A DNA stretch of 64,000 nucleotides from an uncultured delta proteobacterium (GTDB taxonomy: Bacteria > Desulfobacterota > Syntrophobacteria > BM002). Made by a program: the position numbers and the translations under genes. Location: assembly GCA_963712115.1 (NCBI GenBank), contig CAVQGX010000014.1, positions 1 through 64,000 on the forward strand, in the 5' to 3' direction. Below, in pieces: positions 1 through 11,111 of this stretch (the first letter of the stretch is position 1; each line of letters opens with the position of its first letter). The notes beneath the pieces are model-generated. The model made no database searches, had not been told where the DNA came from, and saw nothing but the letters and a program-made list of their open reading frames with translations.

Positions 1-31
1 TATGAGAAATTCACTATAGTGAAGTCAAAAT

Positions 32-1853
32 ATGCATATCCTAGGAATTTCCTGCTTTTATCAGTGATAGTGCTGCCTGTCTTGTTCGGGATGGCAGATT
101 TTGGCTGCTGCCCAAGAAGAAGAGCGATTCACAAGGCAGAAACATGATCCCCGCTTTCCCAGAAACGCCATGGAGTACTGCCTGAACGAAGCGGGCATCA
201 CGATTCAAAGATCTCGATTTTGTGGTCTATTACGACAAACCCCTCCTTACATTTGAACGACTGCTGATGAGTTATCTGACAGTCGCTCCTAGAGGACTGA
301 GATCCTGGTTAGAGGCCATGCCGCTGTGGCTGGGACAGAAGCTCTACGTACCGAAGTCATTGAAAAAGAGACCGGCTATGAGGGGGATGTTCTCTACACA
401 GAGCATCATGAAGCCCACGCTGCTTCTGCATTTTATCCCTCGCCCTTCAACGAGGCGGCCATTTTGACCATGGACGGTGTAGGTGAATGGGCCACCGCAA
501 GCTATGGTTATGGTGAGGGTAACGAATTACTCTTTTGAAGGAACTTCATTTCCCCGATTCTGTGGGTTTGCTCTATTCGGCTTTTACCTATTTTACCGGT
601 TTTCGGGTGAACTCCGGTGAGTACAAGCTCATGGGGTTGGCCCCATACTGGTGTTCCCAGGTATAAAGATCTCATCCTTTCAGAGCTGGTAGATCTTAAA
701 GAAGACGGTTCGATCCGGCTTGAATCTCTCTTACTTTGATTTCTTGGGCGGTCTTCGCATGACTAACAAACGTTTTGCTGAACTTTTTGGTGGCCTCACC
801 GGGAGCCTGAGACAGAAATTACCCAGAGAGAGATGGACATTGCTGCAAGTATCCAGGTCGTTACCGAAGAAATCATTCTTAGGATGATCAATCATGTTTA
901 CCAAGAAACGAAACAGAAAAACCTGTGTCTGGCAGGTGGCGTGGCTCTTAATTGTGTGGCCAATGGCCGCATCTTGCGGGAAGGTCCGTTTGAAGATATC
1001 TGGATACAGCCTGCTGCAGGCGATGCCGGTGGGGCTTTAGGGGCGGCCCTGTCGTGTCTGGCACCGTTATCTTGGAAACGAGAGATCCAGATCCCAAGGG
1101 ATACGACAGCCAGCAAGGCTCATATCTTGGCCCTTCTTTTTCCAACGAAGCGGTGAAAACGGTTTTTGAAGAGCAATGGCTATCCCTACGAGGAACTGGA
1201 AAAAGACAGAAGATCCGGGCTTATTGCCGAGCATATTGCAGAAGGAAAGATCGTGGGTTATATGGCTGGGCGTATGGAGTTTGGCCCGAGGGCTCTGGGG
1301 GCCAGGAGTATTCTTGGCGACGCCAGGCGGAGAGATACCCAAACCGTTATGAACCTCAAGATAAAGTACCGGGAATCGTTCAGGCCGTTTGCCCCCTCGG
1401 TATTAGAGGAAAAGGCCTCTGAATACTTTGAAATGGATAGGCCGAGCCCATACATGCTTCTGGTTGCCGATGTACAAAAGGAAAGGTGTCTCCCTCAACC
1501 TTCAGCAGACGGGATGCCCATGCTGGAGCGGCTCAAGGTGAAGCGCAGTGACATCCCTGCGGTAACTCATCTGGACTATTCGGCCCGGCTGCAGACGGTA
1601 AACCGAAAAGATAAGCCCGACTACCACGAGGTGATCTCAGAGTTTGAGAACCTCACGGGTTGTGCTGTGATCGTCAATACCAGCTTCAATGTCCGGGGTG
1701 AGCCTATCATCTGCACCCCCGGAAGATGCCTACCGGTGTTTTATGCGCACCGAGATTGATGTGCTGGTCATGGAAGATTACATCCTTTTCAAAGACAAAC
1801 AACCAGCCTGGCAAGAAGGCGAGGAGTGGCGTGATGGGTTGGAGCTCGACTGA
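32..1853 (+). CDS. Carbamoyltransferase (NodU/CmcH family), broken by several frameshifts
   Basis: ATG at 32 (MHILGISCFY); motifs across frames: HHEAHAASAFY, DGVGEW, GEYKLMGLAPY, LAGGVALNCVANG, QPAAGDAGGALG, GRMEFGPRALG, KYRESFRPFAP, NTSFNVRGEP; ends ..GLELD* at 1853. Indels are probably sequencing errors. Confidence 0.9.
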
Positions 1854-2235
1854 AAACAAAGAAATACGCAAATTTGGCTTCGTTGCTCTTATTTTCTTCG
1901 GGTGCTTGTGCGGTTTGGGGATCTGGAAGCACAAGGTCGTGCCCATCTATCTTTTCGGTTTTCTCTCCGCTTTGGGCCTTGGTTTCATTTTGATCCCCAA
2001 GACTTTGAGTCCTCTCTACAGTGGCTGGCTTAAGATTGCCCACTTTGTGGGGCGCATCATAACTACCCTGGTCCTCGCCCTGGCCTATTACCTGGTGCTC
2101 ACCCCAACGGCTCTTATCAAGCGTTTGTTCACTGGCGCTCCTCTTCCCCTCAAACCTGACGGAGAGGTTGCGACATACTGGGTGACTCGCACTGAACCGA
2201 CACAGCCGAAAGAAAGGTTCCTGAGACGCTTCTGA
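1834..2235 (+). CDS. SxtJ-family membrane protein
   Basis: EIRKFG, two TM segments, W..IAHFVGRI..YYLVLTP, YW..R; usual position after a carbamoyltransferase; probable start ATG 1834 within ORF 1726..2235. Confidence 0.8.
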   Translation: MGWSSTENKEIRKFGFVALIFFGCLCGLGIWKHKVVPIYLFGFLSALGLGFILIPKTLSPLYSGWLKIAHFVGRIITTLVLALAYYLVLTPTALIKRLFTGAPLPLKPDGEVATYWVTRTEPTQPKERFLRRF

Positions 2236-2245
2236 GGAGAAAAAC

Positions 2246-2405
2246 ATGGCCAATCAATCCATCATAGCTGAATTTTTGGGAATTCCTGAGGGACAGAAAA
2301 CGCTATTGGCTGCTTCCCATCGTTCTTGTAATGATATTATTAGGAGCTCTCATTGTGTTCACAGAGACGAGCGTTGTCGCACCTTTCATATATGCTTTGT
2401 TTTAA
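2246..2405 (+). CDS. DUF5989-like small membrane protein (one frameshift)
   Basis: Joining frames gives MANQSIIAEFWEFLRDRKRYWLLPIVLVMILLGALIVFTETSVVAPFIYALF*, with the typical APFIY.LF end. Confidence 0.8.
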
Positions 2406-2615
2406 CAGAAACATCTCTCAGATATAGTTATTGATTGGATATAATATAATTTTTTCTATCGATTACTTGTAATTTTAGACTTTAAGCGCAATCAATACCT
2501 GTGAGACACCAGGAAAATACTCATATATTTAATCTGAATAATCCACTCTTATTTTCAAATTAAGTAAAACTCTAAAAAATTTATTATCCAAGATAGTACT
2601 CCTGTACCTAAAGAC

Positions 2616-3785
2616 ATGAGCCATAGACTTCTGAAGTTCAGTATTTTCTTGACCCTCCTGTCAATAATTGTCCTTGCACTGTCTCGAGTTTATGAATCAT
2701 CGATAATTGTCTCGTTCTTGGGTGAAGTAGGTGTCTTCGTGGGTGGGATTAGCGCAGTTGCGCTTGGTGTTTGCCAACGGTTACTTGGTAAAGATCGTAC
2801 AGACACTCTGCTCACAAATGTATGCGTTTTTCTGACAACGATAGGCGTCTTAGTAATAGTTTGTGAGTTTACGGTTCGTTTTGTTTTTAGAGACATTTCT
2901 ACCACCGCAGATAACACAAGCTACTTCGCGAGGAAATGGAGGAACAGGCATGTTCGCATGAATTCCTTTGGATTTCGCGAAAGAGAATTTGATTTGGTCA
3001 AACCGAATGGTACTTTTCGCATCGTAGTCATAGGCGACTCATTTACTTTCGGTCAAGGTATCGCTGAAAATAAGCGGTTCACCAATTTGTTAGGCAACTA
3101 TCTTAACAAATACGGGAACTACGAGGTCCTCAATTTTGGAAAAGCTGGAACAGAAACGATTGACCATTTACAACTACTGAAAGAATTCATCTTCAAAATA
3201 GAACCTGATTTTGTGCTCCTTCAGTGGTTTGTTAACGATTTTGAAGGAAATGACAAGAAGGGTCGCCCACAATATTCGCCCCTTGCGCCATCCCCCACCG
3301 TGCACTATGTACTTCACCGCCTTTCTGCCTTGTACTACCTGACTAATCGCAAGTGGCTATCTTTGCGAGCTCGGCTTGAACCTCGTCGTACTTATGTCAC
3401 CTATATAAATGAGCGATTCGGTAACCGAACAAGCCCATATTCGTTAAATGCTATTGGTACATTGAGAGAATTCATTCATGAATGTAAGGCTAGGGGAATT
3501 AAGGTTGGTATCGCACTCTTTCCTGCCCTTGGCTACGATCTGGGTATAGGGTATCCCTTTGATTATCTTCACAAACGAGTGGTCCAACTATGCGAACAGG
3601 AGGGGGTAAAGTGCCTTGACCTTCGTATAATCTTTTCCCGCTTTCCTGAAAGGAATAGACTCTGGGTCAATAGGTTTGATTCCCATCCAGGTCCACTGGC
3701 AAATAAGATTGCTACGGACAGTTTAGTTGAAGCGTTTGGTTCGTTCTGGTTATCGAGTGAGTTCTCCGATTTTGTTGAACTTTGA
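2616..3785 (+). CDS. Membrane-anchored SGNH/GDSL hydrolase
   Basis: N-terminal TMs; NSFGFR, IGDSFTFGQG, NFGKAG, ND, DSHP catalytic blocks. Confidence 0.85.
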   Translation: MSHRLLKFSIFLTLLSIIVLALSRVYESSIIVSFLGEVGVFVGGISAVALGVCQRLLGKDRTDTLLTNVCVFLTTIGVLVIVCEFTVRFVFRDISTTADNTSYFARKWRNRHVRMNSFGFREREFDLVKPNGTFRIVVIGDSFTFGQGIAENKRFTNLLGNYLNKYGNYEVLNFGKAGTETIDHLQLLKEFIFKIEPDFVLLQWFVNDFEGNDKKGRPQYSPLAPSPTVHYVLHRLSALYYLTNRKWLSLRARLEPRRTYVTYINERFGNRTSPYSLNAIGTLREFIHECKARGIKVGIALFPALGYDLGIGYPFDYLHKRVVQLCEQEGVKCLDLRIIFSRFPERNRLWVNRFDSHPGPLANKIATDSLVEAFGSFWLSSEFSDFVEL

Positions 3786-3815
3786 AAACTATTCTTAACA
3801 AAGAAGATGACACCC

Positions 3816-5031
3816 ATGTCAATGACCAATTACCTCTTTACCTCCGAGTCAGTTACCGAAGGCCATCCAGACAAGGTGGCCGACCGCATTTCTGACGCCA
3901 TTCTCGACGCAATTATCGCAGAGGACAAGCCAGGCCGTGTTGCCTGCGAGACCCTGGTAACCACCGGTATGGCCATCATTGCAGGTGAGATTACCACAAG
4001 CTGTTGGGTTGATATGCCAGAAATCGTAAGAAATACCATTAAGGAAATTGGCTACAACGACTCATTAATGGGATTCGATTGGGAGACCTGTGCAGTGATG
4101 ACCTCCATAGACAAACAATCCCCAGACATCTTCCAGGGCGTCACGGCGGGTGAGGGTCTGTTTGAAGAGCAGGGCGCCGGAGACCAAGGACTCATGTTCG
4201 GCTACGCCTGCAATGAGACCCCGGTTCTTATGCCGACACCCATCTACTACGCGCACCGGGTCACCAAGCGGCTTGCCGAGGTGCGAAAGAGCGGTGTCTT
4301 GGATTTTCTGCGTCCGGACGGCAAGTCGCAGGTTACGGTGGAGTATGAAAATGGCACACCTCGCAGAGTACACACCGTGGTAGTGGCGGCACAGCATGTC
4401 CCCCAGGTCAAGTATGATATCATCCGCGAGGGGATCATCGAGGAGGTTATCCGCAAGGTTATCCCTGGAGATATGCTGGACGATCAGACCTGAGTACTTC
4501 ATCAATGCCACTGGCCATTTTGTAATCGGGGGTCCCATGTGGGACTGCGGGTTGACGGGTCGCAAGATTATCGTGGACACTTACGGCGGTCAGGGTAGCC
4601 ACGGTGGCGGTTATTTTTCCGGCAAGGACCCCTCCAAGGTTGACCGCAGCGGTTCATACATGGCTCGCTACGTGGCCAAAAACATTGTGGCGGCAGGATT
4701 GGCAGATAAATGTGAGGTGCAGGTCGCCTACTGTATCGGTGTGGCCGAACCTGTGAGCCTGATGATCGATACCTTTGGTACCGGTAAGATTCCCCCGGAT
4801 CGCATTGCCGAGATCGTGCGGGAAACATTTAGTTTCAAGCCGGCTAACATGATCAGTCAGCTCAAGCTCCTGCGGCCCATTTTCAAAAAGACCGCATGTT
4901 ACGGGCACTTTGGCCGTAATGATCTTGATTTCACCTGGGAACTCATCGACAAGGTGGATGAGCTAAGGGAAAAGGCGGGGCTTTCCGTCAGTGTAGATCA
5001 CATACCTTCCGTGGCTTCCTCTGGTTCATAA
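3816..5031 (+). CDS. metK: Methionine adenosyltransferase (frameshift near 4491)
   Basis: [62 protein letters not shown]; ORFs 3807..4493 and 4396..5031 join if one base is removed at acc-t-gag. Confidence 0.95.
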
Positions 5032-5084
5032 GAGGGGTTTCATGTTTCCAAACAGTTGCTAACTTATCGTTCATTTAAATCAGC

Positions 5085-5867
5085 ATGACCTCAGCAGTGG
5101 ATAAATTAAAGGAAGTCGAACAGTACTGGAGTCAGTACACCAACGAGATCCAGACCCAATTCACGGATAAACAGTTGGGAACCCCGGAGTATTTTCAAGA
5201 AATAAAAGTGCATCATGACAAAGCCTATGCTCTGTGCAATGACCTACTAGACCTGCCAAATCTTAAGTCCAAAGACGTACTCGAGATTGGATGTGGAATA
5301 GGACTGGATGCGTTGGAGTATGTGAAAAACGGCGCCAATGTCACTGCCATTGATATTTCCCCAGTTTGTATTGATCTTGCAATGCGATATTTCGCGTATC
5401 ATCATTTACCTGGCAGAGTTGAAATTGCCAATGCTGAAGAGCTGCCTTATTCCGACAACCAATTTGATGTAGTCGTCGCTCGGCAGATTCTCATGTTCAC
5501 TCCAGACACCGAGAGAGCGGTTCATGAAATCTATCGCGTACTCAAACCGGGAGGCAAAGTCCTAGTTCTTCTCCACAATAGACACTCCTGGTATGCCCTT
5601 TTCGCTAAACTCACCGGAACCAACATGATTGCCGAAACAAAAGACCCCCCGGTCAACAAACTTCACTCGCAGAAAGAAGCGAGAAAACTGTTTGAGAGAT
5701 TTTTGGAATTAAGAATATTTTTCGACAGGTTCCCATACAAGACCAATAGGAGAACAGGCGCTCTTTCCAATCTCTACAATTATGTGTTCGTTCCCCTGTC
5801 AACCTTGTTACCGAAAGCCATTATACGGCCTTTCGGTTGGTATATGATTATTTCCGCCTTTAAATAG
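5085..5867 (+). CDS. Class I SAM-dependent methyltransferase
   Basis: VLEIGCGIG, NAEELPY, FDVV, EIYRVLKPGG. Confidence 0.9.
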   Translation: MTSAVDKLKEVEQYWSQYTNEIQTQFTDKQLGTPEYFQEIKVHHDKAYALCNDLLDLPNLKSKDVLEIGCGIGLDALEYVKNGANVTAIDISPVCIDLAMRYFAYHHLPGRVEIANAEELPYSDNQFDVVVARQILMFTPDTERAVHEIYRVLKPGGKVLVLLHNRHSWYALFAKLTGTNMIAETKDPPVNKLHSQKEARKLFERFLELRIFFDRFPYKTNRRTGALSNLYNYVFVPLSTLLPKAIIRPFGWYMIISAFK

Positions 5868-6100
5868 TCATAGATTTACAAAATCATGGGTGCCTCAGGG
5901 GTCGTCGATAAAGATCTTCTTCCCCCTGCAATCGCCGAGGGTGTTCCTGTCAAAGCACTCCCCGCCAGAGAATCCCAAGGTTGTGGCATTTCCCATTCAT
6001 CACAGACCGTCGGCATCTAGCCTATTGTTGGATATCTCGCTTGCCAGACTATCCTCGCAGCAATGTTAACCACCCAGTAGTGAATAGTTTGAGGTGAAAG

Positions 6101-7657
6101 ATGAAAGTAACGTTTGTTTGTCCGGGCGATGAAGTTCTTGGCATTCAGTACATGAGTTCCGTTCTGAAAGAACACGGGATAGATACAGAACTTGTTTTCG
6201 ATCCACGACTTTTTCAAGACAGCCTCTTGGAGAAGACATTTCTTGCAAAAAAATTCATAACTGACACCAGCTCAATCGTTGAAAGGATTTTTGACACAAA
6301 TCCACAGCTGGTAGGAATTACATGTACTACCAATACCTTTCAATGGGGAGTGCAAATAGCTTCCAGAATTAAAGAAAAAGAAAGCACTATACCCATTATT
6401 TTCGGCGGTCCTCATGCCACCGCGGTTCCCGAACGGGTGATTAACAAAAACGTTGTTGATTTCGTCTGTGTTGGGCCGGGAGAACATGCATTATTAGATC
6501 TATGCCGTTCACTTCAAGCCGCTGAAAAGGATTTCGAAATACCTGGAATTTGGTATAAGAATGGCAGACAGATCAAACCTTCTGAACAAGTGTATTCGGT
6601 TGATGACTTGGACAACCTCCCTTTACCAGACAAAGAACTATTCTTCTCCCAGCTACCTTTTTACAAGAATCCCTACACCATTGTCACCTCAAGGGGTTGC
6701 CCGTTCAAATGCTCGTACTGTATGTCGAGCATGTATCACAACCTATACCGCAGCTGTGGGGCAAAACCCTTCCAGAGAAGATCCGTAGAGAATGTAATTT
6801 ACGAATTGGTCGTGGCAAAGGACAAGTGGAACATAAGATCCGTGAAATTTTTTGATGATTTGTTTGCTTTCAATAAGAAATGGTTGAGACCATTTTGTGA
6901 GGAATATAAAGCCAAGATTGACTTGCCTTTTCGCTGTTCAGTGCATCCTGCCGTTTTGGATGATGAGATCGTTGAGTTATTGAAATACGCCGGAGCCTAT
7001 ACCATTACAATGGGTGTTCAGACAGTTAACGGCAGTATTCTTCGTGACGTATTACATAGGAAAACTTCTTTTAATCAAATTAAGTCGAGTATGGAATCCC
7101 TTAAGAGGTCCAAGATATATTTCTCAGTCGATCACATTTTGGGTTTGCCTGATGAATCTGAGGAAGATCATAAGAATGCTGCATTATTGTATTCAGACAT
7201 AAGACCCAGCAATATACTTCTCTACTGGCTCGTATATTACCCCAAGACAGAAATTATTAACCATGCTTTGGAACGGAATCTCATTGATAAGAAGGAAATT
7301 GAACTCGTTGAAGAAGGAATGGGCCAGATATCTTATAAACTAAGAGATAAAGGTTCTTATAAGATCGCCTACCCATACTTCTTATTGCTCAATCTGATAT
7401 CTGTTAGAATAATCCCCAAGTTCGTAATTAAATGGATTGTGAGAAAGAATCTTGTCAAGTTTTTCAAATTACCATTTTTCATTATAGTGATAAAACAGTT
7501 TATCGATAGTCTTGACCCGCGCTCATCACGGTATGAACAGTTAAAGAAGACCTTCTCTTTTATGAGATACGGTCTTTCTTTCAACAGAAGTATGAATTCT
7601 AACAACGAATTTTTTGATCTTCTCACAAAACGAGATTATCGTTCCAAAGAAGGCTAG
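6101..7657 (+). CDS. Cobalamin-binding radical SAM protein (class B methylase-like)
   Basis: B12-binding region (FGGPHAT) plus TSRGCPFKCSYC CxxxCxxC motif. Confidence 0.9.
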   Translation: MKVTFVCPGDEVLGIQYMSSVLKEHGIDTELVFDPRLFQDSLLEKTFLAKKFITDTSSIVERIFDTNPQLVGITCTTNTFQWGVQIASRIKEKESTIPIIFGGPHATAVPERVINKNVVDFVCVGPGEHALLDLCRSLQAAEKDFEIPGIWYKNGRQIKPSEQVYSVDDLDNLPLPDKELFFSQLPFYKNPYTIVTSRGCPFKCSYCMSSMYHNLYRSCGAKPFQRRSVENVIYELVVAKDKWNIRSVKFFDDLFAFNKKWLRPFCEEYKAKIDLPFRCSVHPAVLDDEIVELLKYAGAYTITMGVQTVNGSILRDVLHRKTSFNQIKSSMESLKRSKIYFSVDHILGLPDESEEDHKNAALLYSDIRPSNILLYWLVYYPKTEIINHALERNLIDKKEIELVEEGMGQISYKLRDKGSYKIAYPYFLLLNLISVRIIPKFVIKWIVRKNLVKFFKLPFFIIVIKQFIDSLDPRSSRYEQLKKTFSFMRYGLSFNRSMNSNNEFFDLLTKRDYRSKEG

Positions 7658-7660
7658 TTC

Positions 7661-7891
7661 ATGGAAGCACGAGAGGAGAAATCCTGCCAGACCTACTGCT
7701 ACGCGTATTTGAATGAACTTGATCCAGAGGTCAGTATTACAGAACATGAAGGCTGTTCTATGGGCATGCTTCCGCTGCAAGCGCGACTTCCGGAAAACTG
7801 GGGCTTGCCACCTCTATCAGAAACAGGCATCAGGCTGGCAAAAGTCAAGAAAATAAAACATGAATCACCCGCAAAGAGGTTGAATCAGTGA
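7661..7891 (+). CDS. Hypothetical protein
   Basis: 76-aa ORF filling the gap between neighbours; no recognisable motif. Confidence 0.25.
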   Translation: MEAREEKSCQTYCYAYLNELDPEVSITEHEGCSMGMLPLQARLPENWGLPPLSETGIRLAKVKKIKHESPAKRLNQ

Positions 7892-8436
7892 CCACAGCAA
7901 TTAAAGTCACAGCCATGAAGCCAGAAACGCGTCTCATTTTTTCTGCCCAGGAGATAGCAAGCAAAGTGAGCGATCTCGCCCGGCAAATTTCTGCAGACTA
8001 CAAGGGACGCGATTTGGTCCTTATCGGCGTTCTCAAAGGGGCTTTCATCTTTCTCGCTGACCTTGCTCGCCAGCTCACCATTCCCGTAGAAATAGAATTC
8101 GTCCGTCTTGCCAGCTATGGTGCCAGCACATCCTCCAGTGGACAAGTCCAGATCATCAGCGACCTCAAGCTAGGTCTGCGCGACCGAGATCTACTCATTG
8201 TCGAGGACATCGTTGATTCCGGCCTTAGCATGGCGTTTTTACGCGACCACCTTTTGTCACACCAACCTCGCTCTTTGAAAATTTGCGCGCTGTTGGACAA
8301 AGCGGAACGTCGCAGTATAGCGGTGCGATTGGACTATGTTGTCCTAAAAGTCCCGAAAGGTTTCTTAGTTGGCTATGGCCTAGACTGCAATGAGGCTCAT
8401 CGACACCTTCCGGATATTTGTGAGTTAGTCTTATAA
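7888..8436 (+). CDS. hpt: Hypoxanthine phosphoribosyltransferase
   Basis: GVLKGAFIFLADL, LIVEDIVDSG PRPP-binding motif, LLDK, FLVGYGLD. Confidence 0.92.
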   Translation: MTTAIKVTAMKPETRLIFSAQEIASKVSDLARQISADYKGRDLVLIGVLKGAFIFLADLARQLTIPVEIEFVRLASYGASTSSSGQVQIISDLKLGLRDRDLLIVEDIVDSGLSMAFLRDHLLSHQPRSLKICALLDKAERRSIAVRLDYVVLKVPKGFLVGYGLDCNEAHRHLPDICELVL

Positions 8437-8551
8437 CCTCTGCTTGGGGGAGCGGATTCGCTGCTGCTAACTAAGGCTTTTTTAGCACGTTCTTATTGAG
8501 AGGGTTCCAGGCTTCGGACAACACGAAGATTTCAAGAAGAGGGAATTTACT

Positions 8552-9739
8552 GTGTCTGAAAATCATATTGATTCTAAGCTCAATGTCTTAATTACGACTG
8601 ATAAAGTAGGTTACGAAGGAAAGATTCATGGTCCGGGTCGTTCATTTCTTAATATCGTTTCTAGTATCGATCGAGAACGATCGAGAGTTGTTCCCTGCAT
8701 TTTGAGAAAAGAGGATTCTCTAAAACCGATATTTGAGAGAAGAGGTATTAAGATAAATTACCTGGGGAGAGGAGAGTTTGATCCCTTTGTTTTCTTTTAT
8801 TTAATTAAGCTTATCAAGAATGAGAGAATTCACGTCGTTCATCTCAACGGCTATAGATCGTCAATCTTTGGTCGGTTAGCAAGGATCGTCACAGGGGTCC
8901 CAACAATCATGCACGCCCGGGGTGCGAGCGATTTCTACGGATGGAAAAAGAATAACCGTTACTCATGGTATCAGAAGGTCATTGATCGGTTCCTCGCTAG
9001 ATTTACAGACCTAGTGATTGCTGTATCAGACGAAGTCAAAGAAATATATGTGCAGCAACGAAAAATCGACCCGAAAAAAGTAATTGTAATGCCAAACGCG
9101 ATTGCTTTAGAACGATTTAAGCCTTTGCCTGTAGAAAAAGGTAAAGAATTAAGAAAACAGCTCGGACTAAAACCTGATCACCTGATCGTTGGGACGGTAA
9201 CAAGGTTCATTGAAATCAAAGGCAATAAATATTTCCTAGAAGCCGCGAAAAGGGTTTTGCACGTTTTTCCGAACGCTTACTTCTTGGTTGTGGGCGAAGG
9301 GCCTTTATTCTCTGAACTTAAGCAGCTTTGTCAAAGATTAGGAATCGACAAGAGTGTTATCTTTACAGGCTTTCGTAATGATATTCCCCAACTTCTGTCC
9401 ATATTCGATGTGAAGGTTATACCATCGCTGAGCGAAGGCTCTCCAAACGTACTCCTTGAAGCCCTGGCGGCGGGTAAACCCATTGTTGCAACGGATGTCG
9501 GTGGGATAAGTGACATCCTGAGAGACGGGGAAACAGGACTTCTTGTCCCTCCTCAAGACCCTCACGCGATGAGTGAAAGGATTATTTATTTACTCCAGTG
9601 TAAGGAGGTAAGGGAACGACTTGCCATGAAGGCTCGCAAGGAGAGTCGAAAATACTCTCTCGACACCTATGTCAAGAATTTAGAAAACGTGTACGTAGAC
9701 GTCGCAAGAGGAACAAGATCCTCAAATAGCAAGGCATAA
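8552..9739 (+). CDS. Glycosyltransferase family 4
   Basis: FTGFRNDIP, PSLSEGSPNVLLEALAAGKPIVATDVGG. Confidence 0.92.
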   Translation: MSENHIDSKLNVLITTDKVGYEGKIHGPGRSFLNIVSSIDRERSRVVPCILRKEDSLKPIFERRGIKINYLGRGEFDPFVFFYLIKLIKNERIHVVHLNGYRSSIFGRLARIVTGVPTIMHARGASDFYGWKKNNRYSWYQKVIDRFLARFTDLVIAVSDEVKEIYVQQRKIDPKKVIVMPNAIALERFKPLPVEKGKELRKQLGLKPDHLIVGTVTRFIEIKGNKYFLEAAKRVLHVFPNAYFLVVGEGPLFSELKQLCQRLGIDKSVIFTGFRNDIPQLLSIFDVKVIPSLSEGSPNVLLEALAAGKPIVATDVGGISDILRDGETGLLVPPQDPHAMSERIIYLLQCKEVRERLAMKARKESRKYSLDTYVKNLENVYVDVARGTRSSNSKA

Positions 9740-9766
9740 GGACACCAGTTTTAGGAAAGCTACCGC

Positions 9767-11014
9767 ATGATCAATATAAGCTCACTTCTCTTAAGATTAA
9801 AAAAGAGTTACGAAAGAAATTTACCGGAATTTACTGCCCTTCGAAAGCGACTCTACCCGGCTTTTGTGTTTGATGACCACATGACCGGTCTCAGAGGTGA
9901 AATTCCTGTATTCACATTCCATGATGTGGATCTTTTTCGATTTGAAGAGCAACTCAAATTCCTGGCACTCAATAAATATCAGACCATAACAGCAGATGAT
10001 TTTTATCAATTTCTTACCAAGGAAACCGTTATCCCAAAGAAAACGATATTACTGACATTTGATGACGGTCTGGGAAGTTTATGGTCAATTGCATACCCTC
10101 TGTTGAAAAAGTACGGCTTTGTCGCCACAACATTCATAGTTCCGGGCTGCGTTGAGGACTCTCCTGATTATTTCCCCAATCTAGACGACTATTGGCAAAA
10201 AAAAGCATCACTACAAGACGTTCTTTCGAGAGAGTCTACTTCAGTGCCTTTCTGCACCTGGCAAGAAATAGGAACGATGCATCAGTCCGGGGTCATTGAT
10301 TTTCAATCTCACACTCTCTACCACAATCTAGAATTCACCTCCTCAACTATTGTGGATTACATCCATCCTAATTTCTCTACCTGGCATCATAATTTCCGTG
10401 TTCCGATGCTCAGCGTAAATGGTCGTGATAATGTGGAAAGAACAGCAGAGTTGGGCACACCTATATATGCCTTCGAGCCAAGAATGGCGGGGAACAAAAG
10501 ATATTTCGACGATGAAACGCTGCGAAGAACATGTTTAGATTACGTTCGGCGGAATAACGCCGAGACATTCTTCAAAAATAATCGCTGGCGTATAGAACTC
10601 AGTAATTTCGTTCAGAACTATATTGCTCAAAACGGACTCAACGATCATTATGAGACAGATCAAGAGTTAAGGGATAAGGTCCACAATGATCTCTATACCA
10701 GTAGGTATCTAATAGAAAAAAGACTCTCAGGAAAAATCGTGACACACCTTTGTTATCCCTGGTTCGTCGGTAGTGATCTATCTGTTGAATTATCCAAAAA
10801 CACAGGATACAAGACTAATTTCTGGGGAACATTACCGGACAAACGGACTAACAGACTAGGTGAAGATCCATACAGAGTTGTTCGATTACGTGAGGAATAT
10901 ATACATCGACTTCCAGGTGAAGGAAAGAAACCACTTACAAATGTACTATCTGAGATATTTCACCGATTTCACAGGGGCTTTCTAAGAAAAATGTTCCGAT
11001 ATGACTGGAAGTGA
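9767..11014 (+). CDS. Polysaccharide deacetylase (CE4/NodB-like)
   Basis: PVFTFH, LLTFDDG, FQSHTLYH, CYPW motifs. Confidence 0.85.
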   Translation: MINISSLLLRLKKSYERNLPEFTALRKRLYPAFVFDDHMTGLRGEIPVFTFHDVDLFRFEEQLKFLALNKYQTITADDFYQFLTKETVIPKKTILLTFDDGLGSLWSIAYPLLKKYGFVATTFIVPGCVEDSPDYFPNLDDYWQKKASLQDVLSRESTSVPFCTWQEIGTMHQSGVIDFQSHTLYHNLEFTSSTIVDYIHPNFSTWHHNFRVPMLSVNGRDNVERTAELGTPIYAFEPRMAGNKRYFDDETLRRTCLDYVRRNNAETFFKNNRWRIELSNFVQNYIAQNGLNDHYETDQELRDKVHNDLYTSRYLIEKRLSGKIVTHLCYPWFVGSDLSVELSKNTGYKTNFWGTLPDKRTNRLGEDPYRVVRLREEYIHRLPGEGKKPLTNVLSEIFHRFHRGFLRKMFRYDWK

Positions 11015-11111
11015 CTTGTAAGACAAAACTCCATCTGCAAATCTAGACTTTCATTACCACAAATAGTTTTATGAAGCTAAAAAACAGAAAAATCACTAGA
11101 GGACAATTCTT

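Noticed and set aside
4488-4496. TGA in metK as selenocysteine or programmed recoding
   Set aside because: The downstream half is in a different frame; one extra base explains it, as with other indels in the window.
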